From NCBI GenBank assembly GCA_043228905.1, contig JBHGNT010000009.1:20460001-20524000 (forward strand): a DNA stretch of 64,000 nucleotides. The letters are read 5' to 3'. This DNA is from Azolla caroliniana. Its lineage: Eukaryota > Plantae > Polypodiophyta. The notes beneath the pieces were generated by a model. It did no database searches and had not been told where the DNA came from. It saw only the letters and a program-made list of their open reading frames with translations. This document shows positions 39,596-51,800 of the stretch, in pieces (positions within the stretch are counted from its first letter, which is position 1; the number at the start of each line of letters is the position of its first letter). A program made the position numbers and the translations under genes.

Positions 39596-40685
39596 CTCTT
39601 GTTTGTCCCTGCATGATTTGTGACACAAGCTTATTTTTCATATCATGTCTTTCGCCCTTAATTTCGAAATTCAGATTTTATCAGGCCTTCTCATTGCCTA
39701 CCTCTTTAGCTTTGATTCGTCTATTTGAACTCTGAAATCTGATATCATACGAGGAAGTTATGAGATTTATGATTCACGAGGCCACTCTTGTGTGTCTGTG
39801 CCTGATTTTTGCCACATGTTTACTTTTTCTTTTACATCTCTCGCCCTGAATTTCGAAATTCAGATTTTATCATGCCATCTCATAGCCTGCCTCTTTAGGT
39901 TTGATTCACCTATTTGAACTCTGAAATCCAATACCATACGAGGAAGCTATGAGCTTTCTTATTCACGAGGGGGCTCTTGTGTGTCCCTGCCTAATTTCTG
40001 CCACTAGTTTACTTTTTCTTTTTTTTCTCTCACCTTGAATTTCACAACTTAGATTTTGTCAATGCATTTCATAGCCTACTTATCTAGCTTCGATTCCCCT
40101 ATTTGAAAATTGAAATCCGATATCATACGAGGAAGCTATGAGCTTTCTAATGCAAGCGGTCTCTCTTGTTTGTCCCTGCGTGATTTTTATTACACAAGCT
40201 TATTTTTCATATCATTTCTTTCGCCCTAAATTGCAAATTTAAGATTTGATCAAGCCATATCATAGCTTACTTTGTTACCTTTGATTCACCTATTTGAACT
40301 CTGAAATCCGATATCATACGAGGAAGCTATGAGCTTTCTGATCCATGAGGACGCTCTTGTGTGTCCCTGCCTTATTTCTGCCACATATTTACTTTTTCTT
40401 TCATGTCTCTCGCCCTGAATTTCGAAATTCAGATTCTATCAGGCCATCTCATACCCTACCTCTTTAGCTTTGATTCGCCTATTTGTACTCTAAAATCCGA
40501 TATCATACGAGGAAGCAATGAGCTTTCTCATTTAGGAGGGGGCTTTTGTGTGTCCTTGCTTGATTTCTACCACATGTTTACTTTTTCTTCATTTCTCTCA
40601 CCCTGAATTTTGAAATTTAGATTTTGTCAATGCATTTCATAGCCTACTTATTCAGCTTTGATTCACCTATTTGAAATCTGATACT
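39596..40685. repeat. Satellite-like array of 189-bp units (about 5.8 copies) with trimeric higher-order structure
   Basis: Unit starts CTCTTGT(T/G)TGTC at 39596, 39785, 39974, 40163, 40354 and 40543. Confidence 0.9.
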
Positions 40686-40984
40686 ATGATAAGGCCCTTA
40701 TGTCCGCATGATGTGAAAGGGGACAATGACTAAGGACTTAACACTAGAACCGTAAACATAAAACCCCAAGTGCTAGCTTTTTATGTCCTCTTCTTTTTCC
40801 ACTTCTCACTATCTAAGTTAGAGGTTGCATCCCTCTCCTTGATTAATGCTAGGTGTTTAACTCTTAAGTCTTGCACTAATCTTGATTCATTGTAGTGTGT
40901 GTCCACTTCTTGATTTGATTTCCCTTTCCTTTAGTATGTTTACGAGTGTTGGTTAAGACTATGGTTATGTTTATGTACTTCTTG

Positions 40985-41963
40985 ATCAAGTTAGTTTATA
41001 AGAGAGCGAGCAATAATTCATTAAGATTGTTGGTAGGATCGTGAACAAATGATTATCCAACCTTCCTGAGGAGACATAACTCAATGGTCATTAAGATGTG
41101 TGCTTGAAGTAACTCACATAGAAGTGACACAATGAACCAAGGAAGTTCATTGCGTAAAGAGTTGATCCCAAGTAAGCAAATAAATTTCATGAGACTCATC
41201 AACTACCTGCTTGAGTCATTGCCTTACAAAAATAGATGAATGATTTGGTTGTTTGTGTGCGTATTGATTAAGTTAGTTTTATAAGAGAGTGACCACTAAT
41301 TCCGTAAAATTGTTGGTACAATCATGCATACACAATGGTCAATTATAGGACAAATGGCGATCCAATCACGATACAACCTTGGTGGGGAGGTGTAACTCCA
41401 ATGGAGATTAAGATGTGTGCTTGATGTAACACGCATAGAAACAATACAATGAAGCAAGGAAGTTCATCATGTAAAGAGTTGATCCCAAGTAAGTAAATAT
41501 TTTTCAAGAGACTCTTTGACTACCCCTTTGACTCGTTGCATTGCATAAATAGATGAATTATTTGGTTGTTTAATTGAGCAACAACTTAAATTGCCCTAAG
41601 GAGGTTCTACTAAAATAATTTGGCATGTATATATGGATCAAATTTGATACCTTGGACACATACACATGATGAGCACTTTGAAATATCCAACTTCAAAGCA
41701 AATGAAGCAAGGAAGTTCATCACGTAAAGAGTTGATCCCAAGTAAGTAAATACTTTTCAAGAGACTCTTGACTACTCCTTTGACTCTTTGCATTGCATAA
41801 ATAGATGAATTATTTGGTTGTTTATTTGAGCAACAACTTAAATTGCCCTAAGGAGGCTCTACTAAAATAATTTGGCATGTATATGTATATGGATCAAATT
41901 TGTGAACTTGGACACACACACACACGTGATGAGCACTTTGAAATATCCAACTTCAAAGCAAAT
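40985..41963. repeat. Overlapping tandem duplications of about 250-300 bp
   Basis: 41449-41701 is near-identical to 41702-41963; 40985-41255 is similar to 41268-41570. Confidence 0.85.
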
Positions 41964-42999
41964 TATGATTCACAAACATCAAGCTATGTGACTATCAAAC
42001 CCTTCCAGTAGCCGACCTTACATTTTGAAGTTGTTTTTTATGTGCATTGCAAATTAATGTATGCTTTGCACAAAGCAATATGCAACTGGCAAGTAAACAC
42101 ATGATATAACTGATATTAAACTCATGTGACACACAAATATTACAATATAGGAAGTTTTGTAGATTAATCAATCTCAACCTATTTTTTTCTATAAAGTTCT
42201 CCCTTTGTGGCAATTTCCCTATTCAATTGTCAACTTTGCTTTGTCTCTCATGACACATGCATTTACTTACGATCTTGTTGTCGTTCAACTACTCTTCATT
42301 GAAAACCATCCCACGAGTCGAGGTATTGGATGTTGTAGCTCCGTTGTTGGATTCAAATGTCTAGATTACATAAACGAGCGTGTGCTTGATAGTCATCATG
42401 AAACACCCTATTATTTAGATTGAAGCTTATGATACCTCTTGATGGTTAGTCGTCAATATTTATACATTCATGAGAGTCCTCTAATAATAAGTGTTCCATT
42501 ACAAGCCCCAAATCTTGATTGTCCTATTTCTTTAGTCGCATGTTTACATATTTGTTTGTCAATATTCCACCTTTCTCATTACTGTTGCACACTATGATTT
42601 TTTTCTTATATACACTTTTCTTGTTCGAAGTAGGGTTCAATATGGCAATTATCAAAGACGAGGGAAGGTAATTAAGTTCTAACAATGGAGATGTTTTGTG
42701 AGGCTCACAAAAAAACATACATGTGTACATGCGTTTGTTTGTTGATATGAAGAACATTTTAAAAAAGCGGTTTTAAACACCTTTAGGTTAAAACAATAAC
42801 TTCCTATAACAACTTGATTTTTTGTATCCATTATATGTCACGCATAAGTTGTGCACATGCACCTAATGGGGATTGCGAAACTTTTTTAAAACCAAGTTTT
42901 GATGTCATTAAACACGTGGATTCCCTTGATACAATAAAGAGGATTTGTTTGTATTTTCTTTCAAAATGGCCAAGGCTTTCTCCTTGTGTCTTATATATG

Positions 43000-45900
43000 G
43001 AGTATTAATATTATTGCCATGTTCTTGTGTATCTAATATACTAGAGAATCACATAGCAAGGAAATCATAATCTCAATAAAAATTTTCATCTATTGGCACA
43101 ATACATATATGTAGGGAACTACCTTTTCAGATCATGCTCCGATTATCCTTTCCATATTGAATCAATGTTTTCAAGACTAATATATTCTAAAGATTCTGGA
43201 AATTTTGTTTGTTAGACAATGGCTTTTCATTGCAAGTGGCTGAATGATGGTCTCAAAAAAATGTTTTAGGGAACTCAATGCCCATGAGAGTAGCTAATGG
43301 CTTACAAGAAATATCAAATTTTATTTGATGTAAATCTAAAGAAAGGTTTTGTATGCTTCGACAATAGGAGAAACGATGTCATACTTCTCTAGTTTCTTTA
43401 CAACAGTTATATGAACGTTTTCCACGCAATGTTTGGATCATGGAGCAACTTGGGACAACAAAACAAGTACTTGTACTTCTAGAAAAGCGAGTAGAACTTC
43501 ATTATCATCACATGGTATCTAAGTGGACCCAAATGGGAGATAAAGGCACACTTGAATTTTTTATGCAATGAGAACTCATCATACTGTTGTTTCAATCAAA
43601 CAATTACAACATCAGAATGGGAACATCTCGTCATACCCACATGTGATGATAGAGATAGTCAGACGCTACTATTTGAGAGTACTATCATCGGAGGCCTTTT
43701 CCACTAAGGATTTAACATGTCAGTCATGTGTTTGGAATAAGTTGGAACCTAGAATAACTCATGCATGAATGATCAACGTCATGAAGTCTTTACTTATGAC
43801 AAAATTAGTGAAGCATTTCAAGCTTTGCCTAAACATAGTTGCCAAATTGACAAGTGCACCTAAAGCCTTACATGATGTAGTTAGGGCCATTTCAATTTTA
43901 TGGAGGTTATCCAAACCATCTTGTAATATATAAGCAATGCCATCCACAAATTCTATGTCCCTTAATTCAACATTTGAGAATGGGATAGGCAGTCCACGTA
44001 AACGAATTCATTAGCATTCAAAAAGGAAATTATTGCCTCCACAAAAGATAGAAATAAGAAAGGAGCCAAAGGGAAACATTGTCAAATTGGCCGTGTAATA
44101 GAAAAAAAGGGTCATAATTTCCAACCAATAAGACTCGACTTTGAGTTGAACTATATTATGAGGAAATAATCAAATAATCCCAATCAACATGATCATAAGC
44201 TTTCTCAAAATCCAACATCACAATTGCCAACTTTTGTTTGAATTTGGCTGCCAATGCAACAAATTCCCAAAATGTATAACATTATCCAAGATACTTTTTT
44301 CTCGAATGAACCTTGTTTGGGTTGGGTGAATAGTTGTAGGCAATATAGTACGAAGGCATATACTAATGACTTTAGCCAAGATTTTATAACCTGTATCGAG
44401 TATTGTAATAGGGTGCCATTTCTTGATGTCCTATGAAGGGCCATAGGACTTAGGGATAAGGTAAATTAGTCCTTTTGTAAACTGTGGAGATACACAACTG
44501 TCACAAAAAATTTGTTGGAAGGTTCTACATACATCTATCTTGAACAAGTCCCAACCTTTAATGAATAACGCTAGGATTAAACCATCTACAAATCCATGAC
44601 ATTTTGGGTTGGGGATGAAGACCCTCCATTATGGAATCTGCGCTCACAATTTCGGTGGATCCCGCAAGGTACCCCAATTTGGTACCTCGGATGTACAATA
44701 GGTATTGATTTATCAATACAAAATCAAGTGGCATCCCTCTTACTGACATTACGAGAAAAATTGTTATTATGGACTTTAGCCAAGTCATCTTTGGTTGGTC
44801 GGATTGAAGTTACCAACCAGGTATTGTTGGCAACAACATGGTATGTTTTGTCTTGTTGCATCTTTTCGAAGCCATGCATTTTGCAAACACAGAGATTGAG
44901 TCGAAATTTCTTGTGGTCCTGTAAAATGTTGGGCAATGCTTGGTCCAAAGTAAAATGGGATGTTATTACCTTACCTCGTTCTAAAGGAGGGCTATGTATT
45001 ATTGATCCAGTAGACCAATCAAGAGCATTGTTAACTAAGTTGATTATTAGAGGATTTACTCTAGGGCAAGATATATGGAAAGTATTGTTGCTTGATCATT
45101 GTTCAGAATGCTTTCCTCGCTTAGGTGCACCCTGGTTGAAGGATGTAAATTGGATATTTATGGAAAAATTCAGAGTGCCTTAATCCCATGGATGGGAGGA
45201 ATTATTCGAATTGTTTTTTGTACAAGGAAACAAGTCTTTTTTTTACAAAAAAACCTACTTCGCATTAGTTAACAAACATGGAAACAAGTCTTACATGGCT
45301 TGCTCCACAATAAACCTAAACTTACTCATTATGATGAGTATCTAAGACAAAGGGTAGTATGGAACATGTTGTTTACAACATTAGATGTTTTACCATTGGG
45401 TTTTAGACAGTGGTTGCCATGGGGAAAAATGGTAGAGGGTCTTGCTAACTCAATCAAGATATAGCATGTTTTTTATCGCGTTCCCGGGAAGAACAAAAAC
45501 AAGTGTTGGCTAGGATGCATGGAGGACAACTAATGCATCATCAAATAATTTAGGAAGCTATGAGTAGAGTCACCATACCACCCACTAGCTCTTGCCATAG
45601 ATAGGTAGGTGTTTTTTCAAGATTGGAAGTACGTTTGATTCTAAAGGGGTATTTAAAGGATAAGACCTTATTTCTTTTTGATGTGGATAATGTAAATCAA
45701 TTGTCTCAGTCATAGGAAACGGTAATCGATTATCCTTATGTTATGGAACACAAGATAAGGGTTAATAGGTTATGTCTACCACAAATGGTATATTGACCCA
45801 CCGATAGAGGACATAAGGTCACATTGGAAGTTGTGGATGTTGGCCAAACAACCTATGTTTAGAATAGCATGGAACCCAAATTATTATAAGTGGACATATC

Positions 45901-46767
45901 CATTTACTAGTAACAACTTTAATTTTTTCCAATTTTCCATACAATTGGGAATACATGTATTGTCGTCGGATACATGGGATGTGTTACCAATTGTATTCCA
46001 ATATTGGAGTCATCAAGGTATTACTCTAACGTTTCTTGCTAAGTTATGGGTTAACCTATAGTGGTTACTTGTGCTTCAAGCTTTGCTTTTTGGCACATGG
46101 TTGCATAAGATGGGCATATCCTCTAGTTGTGCTCGCTATCATTCACGAGTTGAAACTAAAAAACATTGTCTATGGGATTCATTAAGTCTCAACTAGTATG
46201 GATATACCTCCTTAGAATATTTGCTAACGACTTTTGCCCATCAATATTCACATCGGGCATGGTGGTTTGGACATTGCTTGTCCGCTCTATTTTCAATTAC
46301 AAACACTGAATCTATGGAGCATGGATTTCCCACTAACTCTTGTAAGTGTTTGTGTACTTCCATCAGTGTCTATGTAGTTTCTAGGGATAAGGAAGGAGGT
46401 GCAACCATTATGGGAGATATTGAGTAGTACTACCACATATTACATCTGGAAGGCTCAATTCTCTCTCGTTTTTCATCAAGTTAGAGCCTCACTGTGAATT
46501 GGTAAATAATATTTGGTTGGACATGGTTCATACTTTGAAGGATCGATGGGATTGTATTATTAGAGATTCTAATGACAAAGCTGCTCAATGCCTTCAATTT
46601 CTTACTTTGTGGAAAACTACACTATTTATGTCCTCGAAGAATAACACTCCCTATTGGCACTTTCAATCACCAAAATGGTTGTTTCCTTAGCCAATCACAT
46701 TAGGATTTGAACTTTGTAAATTTTATGTACTAATGAACGGATATCTTTTGAAAAAAACAAAACAAAA
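43000..46767 (+). mobile_element. Old L1-type LINE (EN end, RT, C-terminus) with A-rich tail
   Basis: FSDHAPIILS endonuclease motif at ~43124; WYLGCTIG, VTNQVLLATTWY, VKWDVITLPRSKGGL in ORF 44596..45183; AAAAAAACAAAACAAAA at 46751-46767; many stops; 5' boundary approximate. Confidence 0.78.
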
Positions 46768-48059
46768 TCTCGATACATTTATATTTGATATGCTTAAAAG
46801 TTATTGATGTGTTTGTTGTTTTCATATAAAGAAAATCCTTGAAGGTTTTATTTGAGATCTCAATTTTCTTCAAAAACTATAGTTAAGAATTCTCATTGTT
46901 GTGTCATGCAGCGCAATTGGCCTTATAATAATAATCTAAAACTAGCTTGAGTAAGAGCATTTTTTGCAATGTCTACTTTCTGATACAAATTGTTTTCCTT
47001 TGTATGTGAATCATGTTTGAAAGTGTTGAACAACTTGATATTTGAAATCAATCTCAAATATTCATGTTTTCTAGCGTTTAAGAGTTACTTGGAAAGACAT
47101 TATGTGATGCATTGCCTCTTATTTCCATAGTAGTGATGAATTGCAATTGTAAATCACTAAATTAGAAAAGAATTTGACACAAATATTGGTATAGATTATA
47201 ATAACGTAGAGACAATGATGGTTTTACCAATGAATATGACTTGTTTTTTCTTACCTTCTAAGACATATTCTATTTCGAAAGTAGGATTTTGAAACATTTT
47301 GTCTCTAGAGGCAATCAAAACTAACCATCGAATGAATGTAGAATTCCTATGAGCAAAAGGTTTTCCCTCTAGAAACTTGGTTAATGGTTTTATTATAAAG
47401 TGCAAAGTATTATAAATTACAAGCCTACATTGCAAATGAGGAGTAATAAAATTAAAAAAGCTTGTTATGTGCCTTATCAAGGCAACTTGTGGGCATTATC
47501 TATAAAGAAAACCTATCATTCAGTGAAACCTTTCATATTCTAGCAAAAAAGTAGCCATGCACAAAATAACATGGAAATCAAGTGAGCTCTAAAAAAACAC
47601 ATTTGAAATTAAAGTATGACATGCTCAAAATAAATTGGAATAGAATGTGTCATATGAGTACTCCATGTGAACATAGATGATTAGATGATTGTGAAGATAA
47701 TTACATTTGAGGCCTCCGAATGTGGGTGTTATAAGAAAGAATGGACGAGTTCTAGGGAACACCAAGTTCATCCATTGGGTCAACGTTAATTGAAGTTTAA
47801 TCTTAACCATGGGACAAACACACTTACTATTCTAAGCTAAACACCTCACTGACCAAAAAAGATATCATTATGTGATTAGATGGAACTTTTAGACACATGT
47901 GGACATATTCATAATTCGCAATTTAATCAATCTAATGATTCAAATAGCAATGCAATGATGGATGATAAGGAAATTTGATGATTCGCTCACAAACTTTGTT
48001 CGACATAATCTCGGGGGAACTCATCAATTAATTGTTGCCATGCATTGACCATAGGCCTT

Positions 48060-48602
48060 GTGAATACATACATACATATACACACATAGAAATGACACCT
48101 TAGGTGAACTTCAAAGCGAGAATAGAGTCTCCTTATCAAAGGGCATACATACATACAGAAATACATATATACATATACACATATCTACATACATACATAC
48201 ATACATACATACATACATACATACATACATACATACATACATACATACATACATACATACATACAAACATCCATCCATCCATCCATCCATCCATCCATAC
48301 ATACATTTACATGCATACATACATACATACATAGATACAACCATCCATACATGCATACATACATACATTTACATGCATACATACATACATACATACAACC
48401 ATCCATCCATACATTTACATGCATACATACATACATTTACATGCATGCATGCATACATACATACATACATACATACATACATACATACATACATACATAC
48501 ACACACATACATACACACATATACACATACATATACATACATACACACACATCTACATACGTACGTACGTACGTACGTACGTACGTACATACATACATAC
48601 AT
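48060..48602. repeat. Compound (CATA)n/(CATC)n/(TACG)n microsatellite upstream of the BMI1 gene
   Basis: Directly visible simple repeats; the ORFs over it are artefacts. Confidence 0.95.
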
Positions 48603-48791
48603 GCGCCATGGCATGTCATAAGTCATGATCAATCATATCATGCAGCAACACGCATTTATTTTGTATACTTTGGAGAGACTCATCCATCCATATTCATCCC
48701 TTCTCTGATCCTGCCTCAGGAGGCGCAGACCGACAAGGCCTTGTTTATACATATACATATACATATATGTATATGAAGAGTCCAGTTAGGA

Positions 48792-48806
48792 AAACCCTAA
48801 CCCTAG
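48792..48806 (+). promoter_or_regulatory. Telo-box AAACCCTAACCCTAG about 90 nt upstream of the BMI1 start codon
   Basis: Exact AAACCCTAA match; function inferred. Confidence 0.45.
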
Positions 48807-48892
48807 TCTGTGCAGGATGCCATTGATCCATATCAACAGTATTGCTATCGAAGCATACTGTTTTGTCCTGTCTCAATCATCTCTATCTAGCT

Positions 48893-51800
48893 ATGTCTCG
48901 CAATAAGGTGAAGGTGGCTAGACCACCCATTATACTCTGTTTGCAGTGCCCCCTCTGTTCCAACCTGGTTCATGAAGCTACCACAATTTCAGAATGCCTT
49001 CATACATGTAAGTAACAGCTACTTTCTTATCCACATGTAAGTGCATGTGCACGAGGACATTCACCACACACTGCATCCACACACACAATATTGTTTACTT
49101 TTTTTTAAGCAGTAATAGACTCCCTTAGAAGTACGTATTGACTGGATTCATGGAGGTTTTCTCCCTTCCTATGTCCACTTACACAGAAGAAGACGTTTGC
49201 ATTTTGATTTTTGTGATGATCCAAACACACATTTTGGTTGATCAGGACCTGCCCTTATATGCTTCTGTCAAGCCTAATGTTGTACATTGCGTGGAAACCT
49301 GAGGGGAGGCGGGCTTTTCCTCACATGATAAAATGGTGAGTATTCCCCCCCTGGCCCCATTGCATCTAGATAGGTATCCTCTACCTCACCCGCAGAATCT
49401 CATAGTGTCGAACATAGGAAAATGGTGTCTTTCTCACATTGGGAAATGGGAATTTGATCTGGTATCCCCTCCCTTGCTCAATTGCACCTAGTTAGGCATG
49501 CAGAACTTTGCATGCAAAAGCTTATAATGTTTAACATTGTGCACAAACATGGGCGAAAGTGGAAAATTCTCCACATTGCTGGTACTGTCGTGGCCCCATT
49601 GCACATGGATAGGTAGCCTCAATCTTGCTGTAGACGCTCATAATGCCGAATATTCTATGGAAACATGAGGTATCTTTCCCTCATGGGAAGATGGAAATTT
49701 GTCCAGTCCTCCCTCCCCTCCCCAACTTCACCTATCTAGGTATGCAGAGCCTTGGCTGGGGAAGCTCATACTGTTGAACTTCATATAGAAACACGAGATG
49801 GACAAAACTTTTATTCTCTCTAGAATTGGGTCGGCAGACCCTCTGCCCTCACCACATAGATGGGTATGCTCCACCTATCCTTTAGAACCTCCCTACATCA
49901 AATGTCACGGGGAAACATGAGGAAAAGCGAACGCTTTCCCATGTGAGAAAATGTCTAAAACTTCTTATGAGCTCCTTTTACCCTCATGCTGTTGTCTGTG
50001 ACAGTCAGTATGAATTAATCCATATTTTTCCTTGATTAGTTCTTTGGTCTGTTGTCTGTGACAGTCAGTATGAATTAATCCATATTTTTCCTTGATTAGC
50101 TCTTTGGTAAATATTCATTTACCAAAGAACTAATCAGTTGATGTCCTAAGTCCTTCAGGATTACGATATACATTTGTGTTCTCATGCTTCCGATAAACAT
50201 TTGCGTCCTAAGAAACCACGGCAGGGTTCTCATTCTTACTTGTTTGATCAGCTAAACAACTGATTTACTCATTATCAGGAAACCTTTCTATCTAAAAGAA
50301 AAGCCAACAACACATTTAAAATGATATTTTCTAACACATGAGAAATAATTATGTATATCTTTAAGAAAAGACAAGCCAAACCATATATATATATATAATG
50401 AAATAAAAGTTGGCATTGAACACTGGCATTATATAAAATACATCTGACTTTTGGGCCCCATTTTCTTTGTAATGCAGTTTGCAGGGCTTGCATATATCAA
50501 CATTTAGGGGACAATGAGAATGATTGCTGTCCAATATGTAATGTAAATCTTGGTTGTTCGCCTCTGGAGAAATTAAGGTCTGTATGCTCCATTCCCCCGA
50601 GTTGTATGTTCCGACAATTAGTTACTACAGCAACCTAATGGCTATATTCTAGCCACTTTTCTACTCTTAACTACATTTATATTTTTTATGGCACATTGGC
50701 TTCTAAAATATGGCTACAATATATCCTGCATTTCTTAGAAAACTTTTCTATTCTAATGGTGATAGGGTTTCCTCTAAATACGTAGGTTTCTGATTTCACT
50801 TAGAGCTAGTTAGTTTTATACATAACCATATTGAGCGATCTGCTTGAGCAAAAGAGAAAGGGATTGGTCTTTTGGAGAGCCATCCAAAGGTCCTGAAAAT
50901 CATAAATTTGAGAAAACTGGAGTGCCACCTCAACATCTCTATGTTCCTTGGTTTAGGTGAATGGATCTCTATATTGAACGATCTGCTTGAGCAAAAGAGA
51001 AAGGGATTGGTCTTAATTAGGATATGCATGAATTTTTTTGAATGGATTTGAGTTTATGACAATCAGAGAAGTCCTTTGAATATTAAGAGTTTTTATTTAT
51101 TATTGAAAGACTCTTTCTTGCTGCATAGGAGGTACCTAGTCCATACTAGATAGGAAGAGAGGCACTGATGAGCTGATGTGTGGAATCCTGTCCAGGATCC
51201 AAACATCTTATTATAAGGTTCGGGAGTTTCATGAATAACATCTGTTCAAGCCAAAGCGAAGGTATGGCAACATCACTCTTAGAACTTATCATCAGAGTAG
51301 GGAGATGATGTCATGCAAGTGGCAGCTCCTTGCCTCCGTAACAAGGATGCTGAAAGTGGGGATAAACATGTAGGATTCTGAAATGCAAGGTTAGTTCTAG
51401 TCACATAGCATAAATATAGATGCGCTACCCCCATTCTAATATAGCTTGGATTTTCCATACCTGAACATGGAAAAAATGGCAAAGAAATAAGTGCTCCAAA
51501 CTGATAGCATTAATTTGGATAATGAAAGAACATGGGTCGACCCCACAAGGTCTCTTGTTAGGAAGACGGTTCACTATAAGGTGCTCTTTTTAAACTTGTT
51601 GCATGATGAATTGATCATCAAGCCTTCTTTTATAGATACACATCTATCTAATGTGCTCTGTTGTGTGATAGGGCAGCTTAGGATCTCTTAATATCAGTTG
51701 GAGATTGGGATAGACAAATATGCACTCAATTAAATGAAATAATGGATGTTCCATCGGGGGGTGAAATCTGTAGAACACTACGTTTGCCATTGTGATGCTC

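Noticed and set aside
42000-42760. Possible decayed transposase or protease coding remnant on the minus strand
   Set aside because: No diagnostic motif recoverable by eye
48104-48776. His/Thr/Tyr- and Met/Tyr/Val/Cys-rich ORFs
   Set aside because: Translations of the (CATA)n microsatellite
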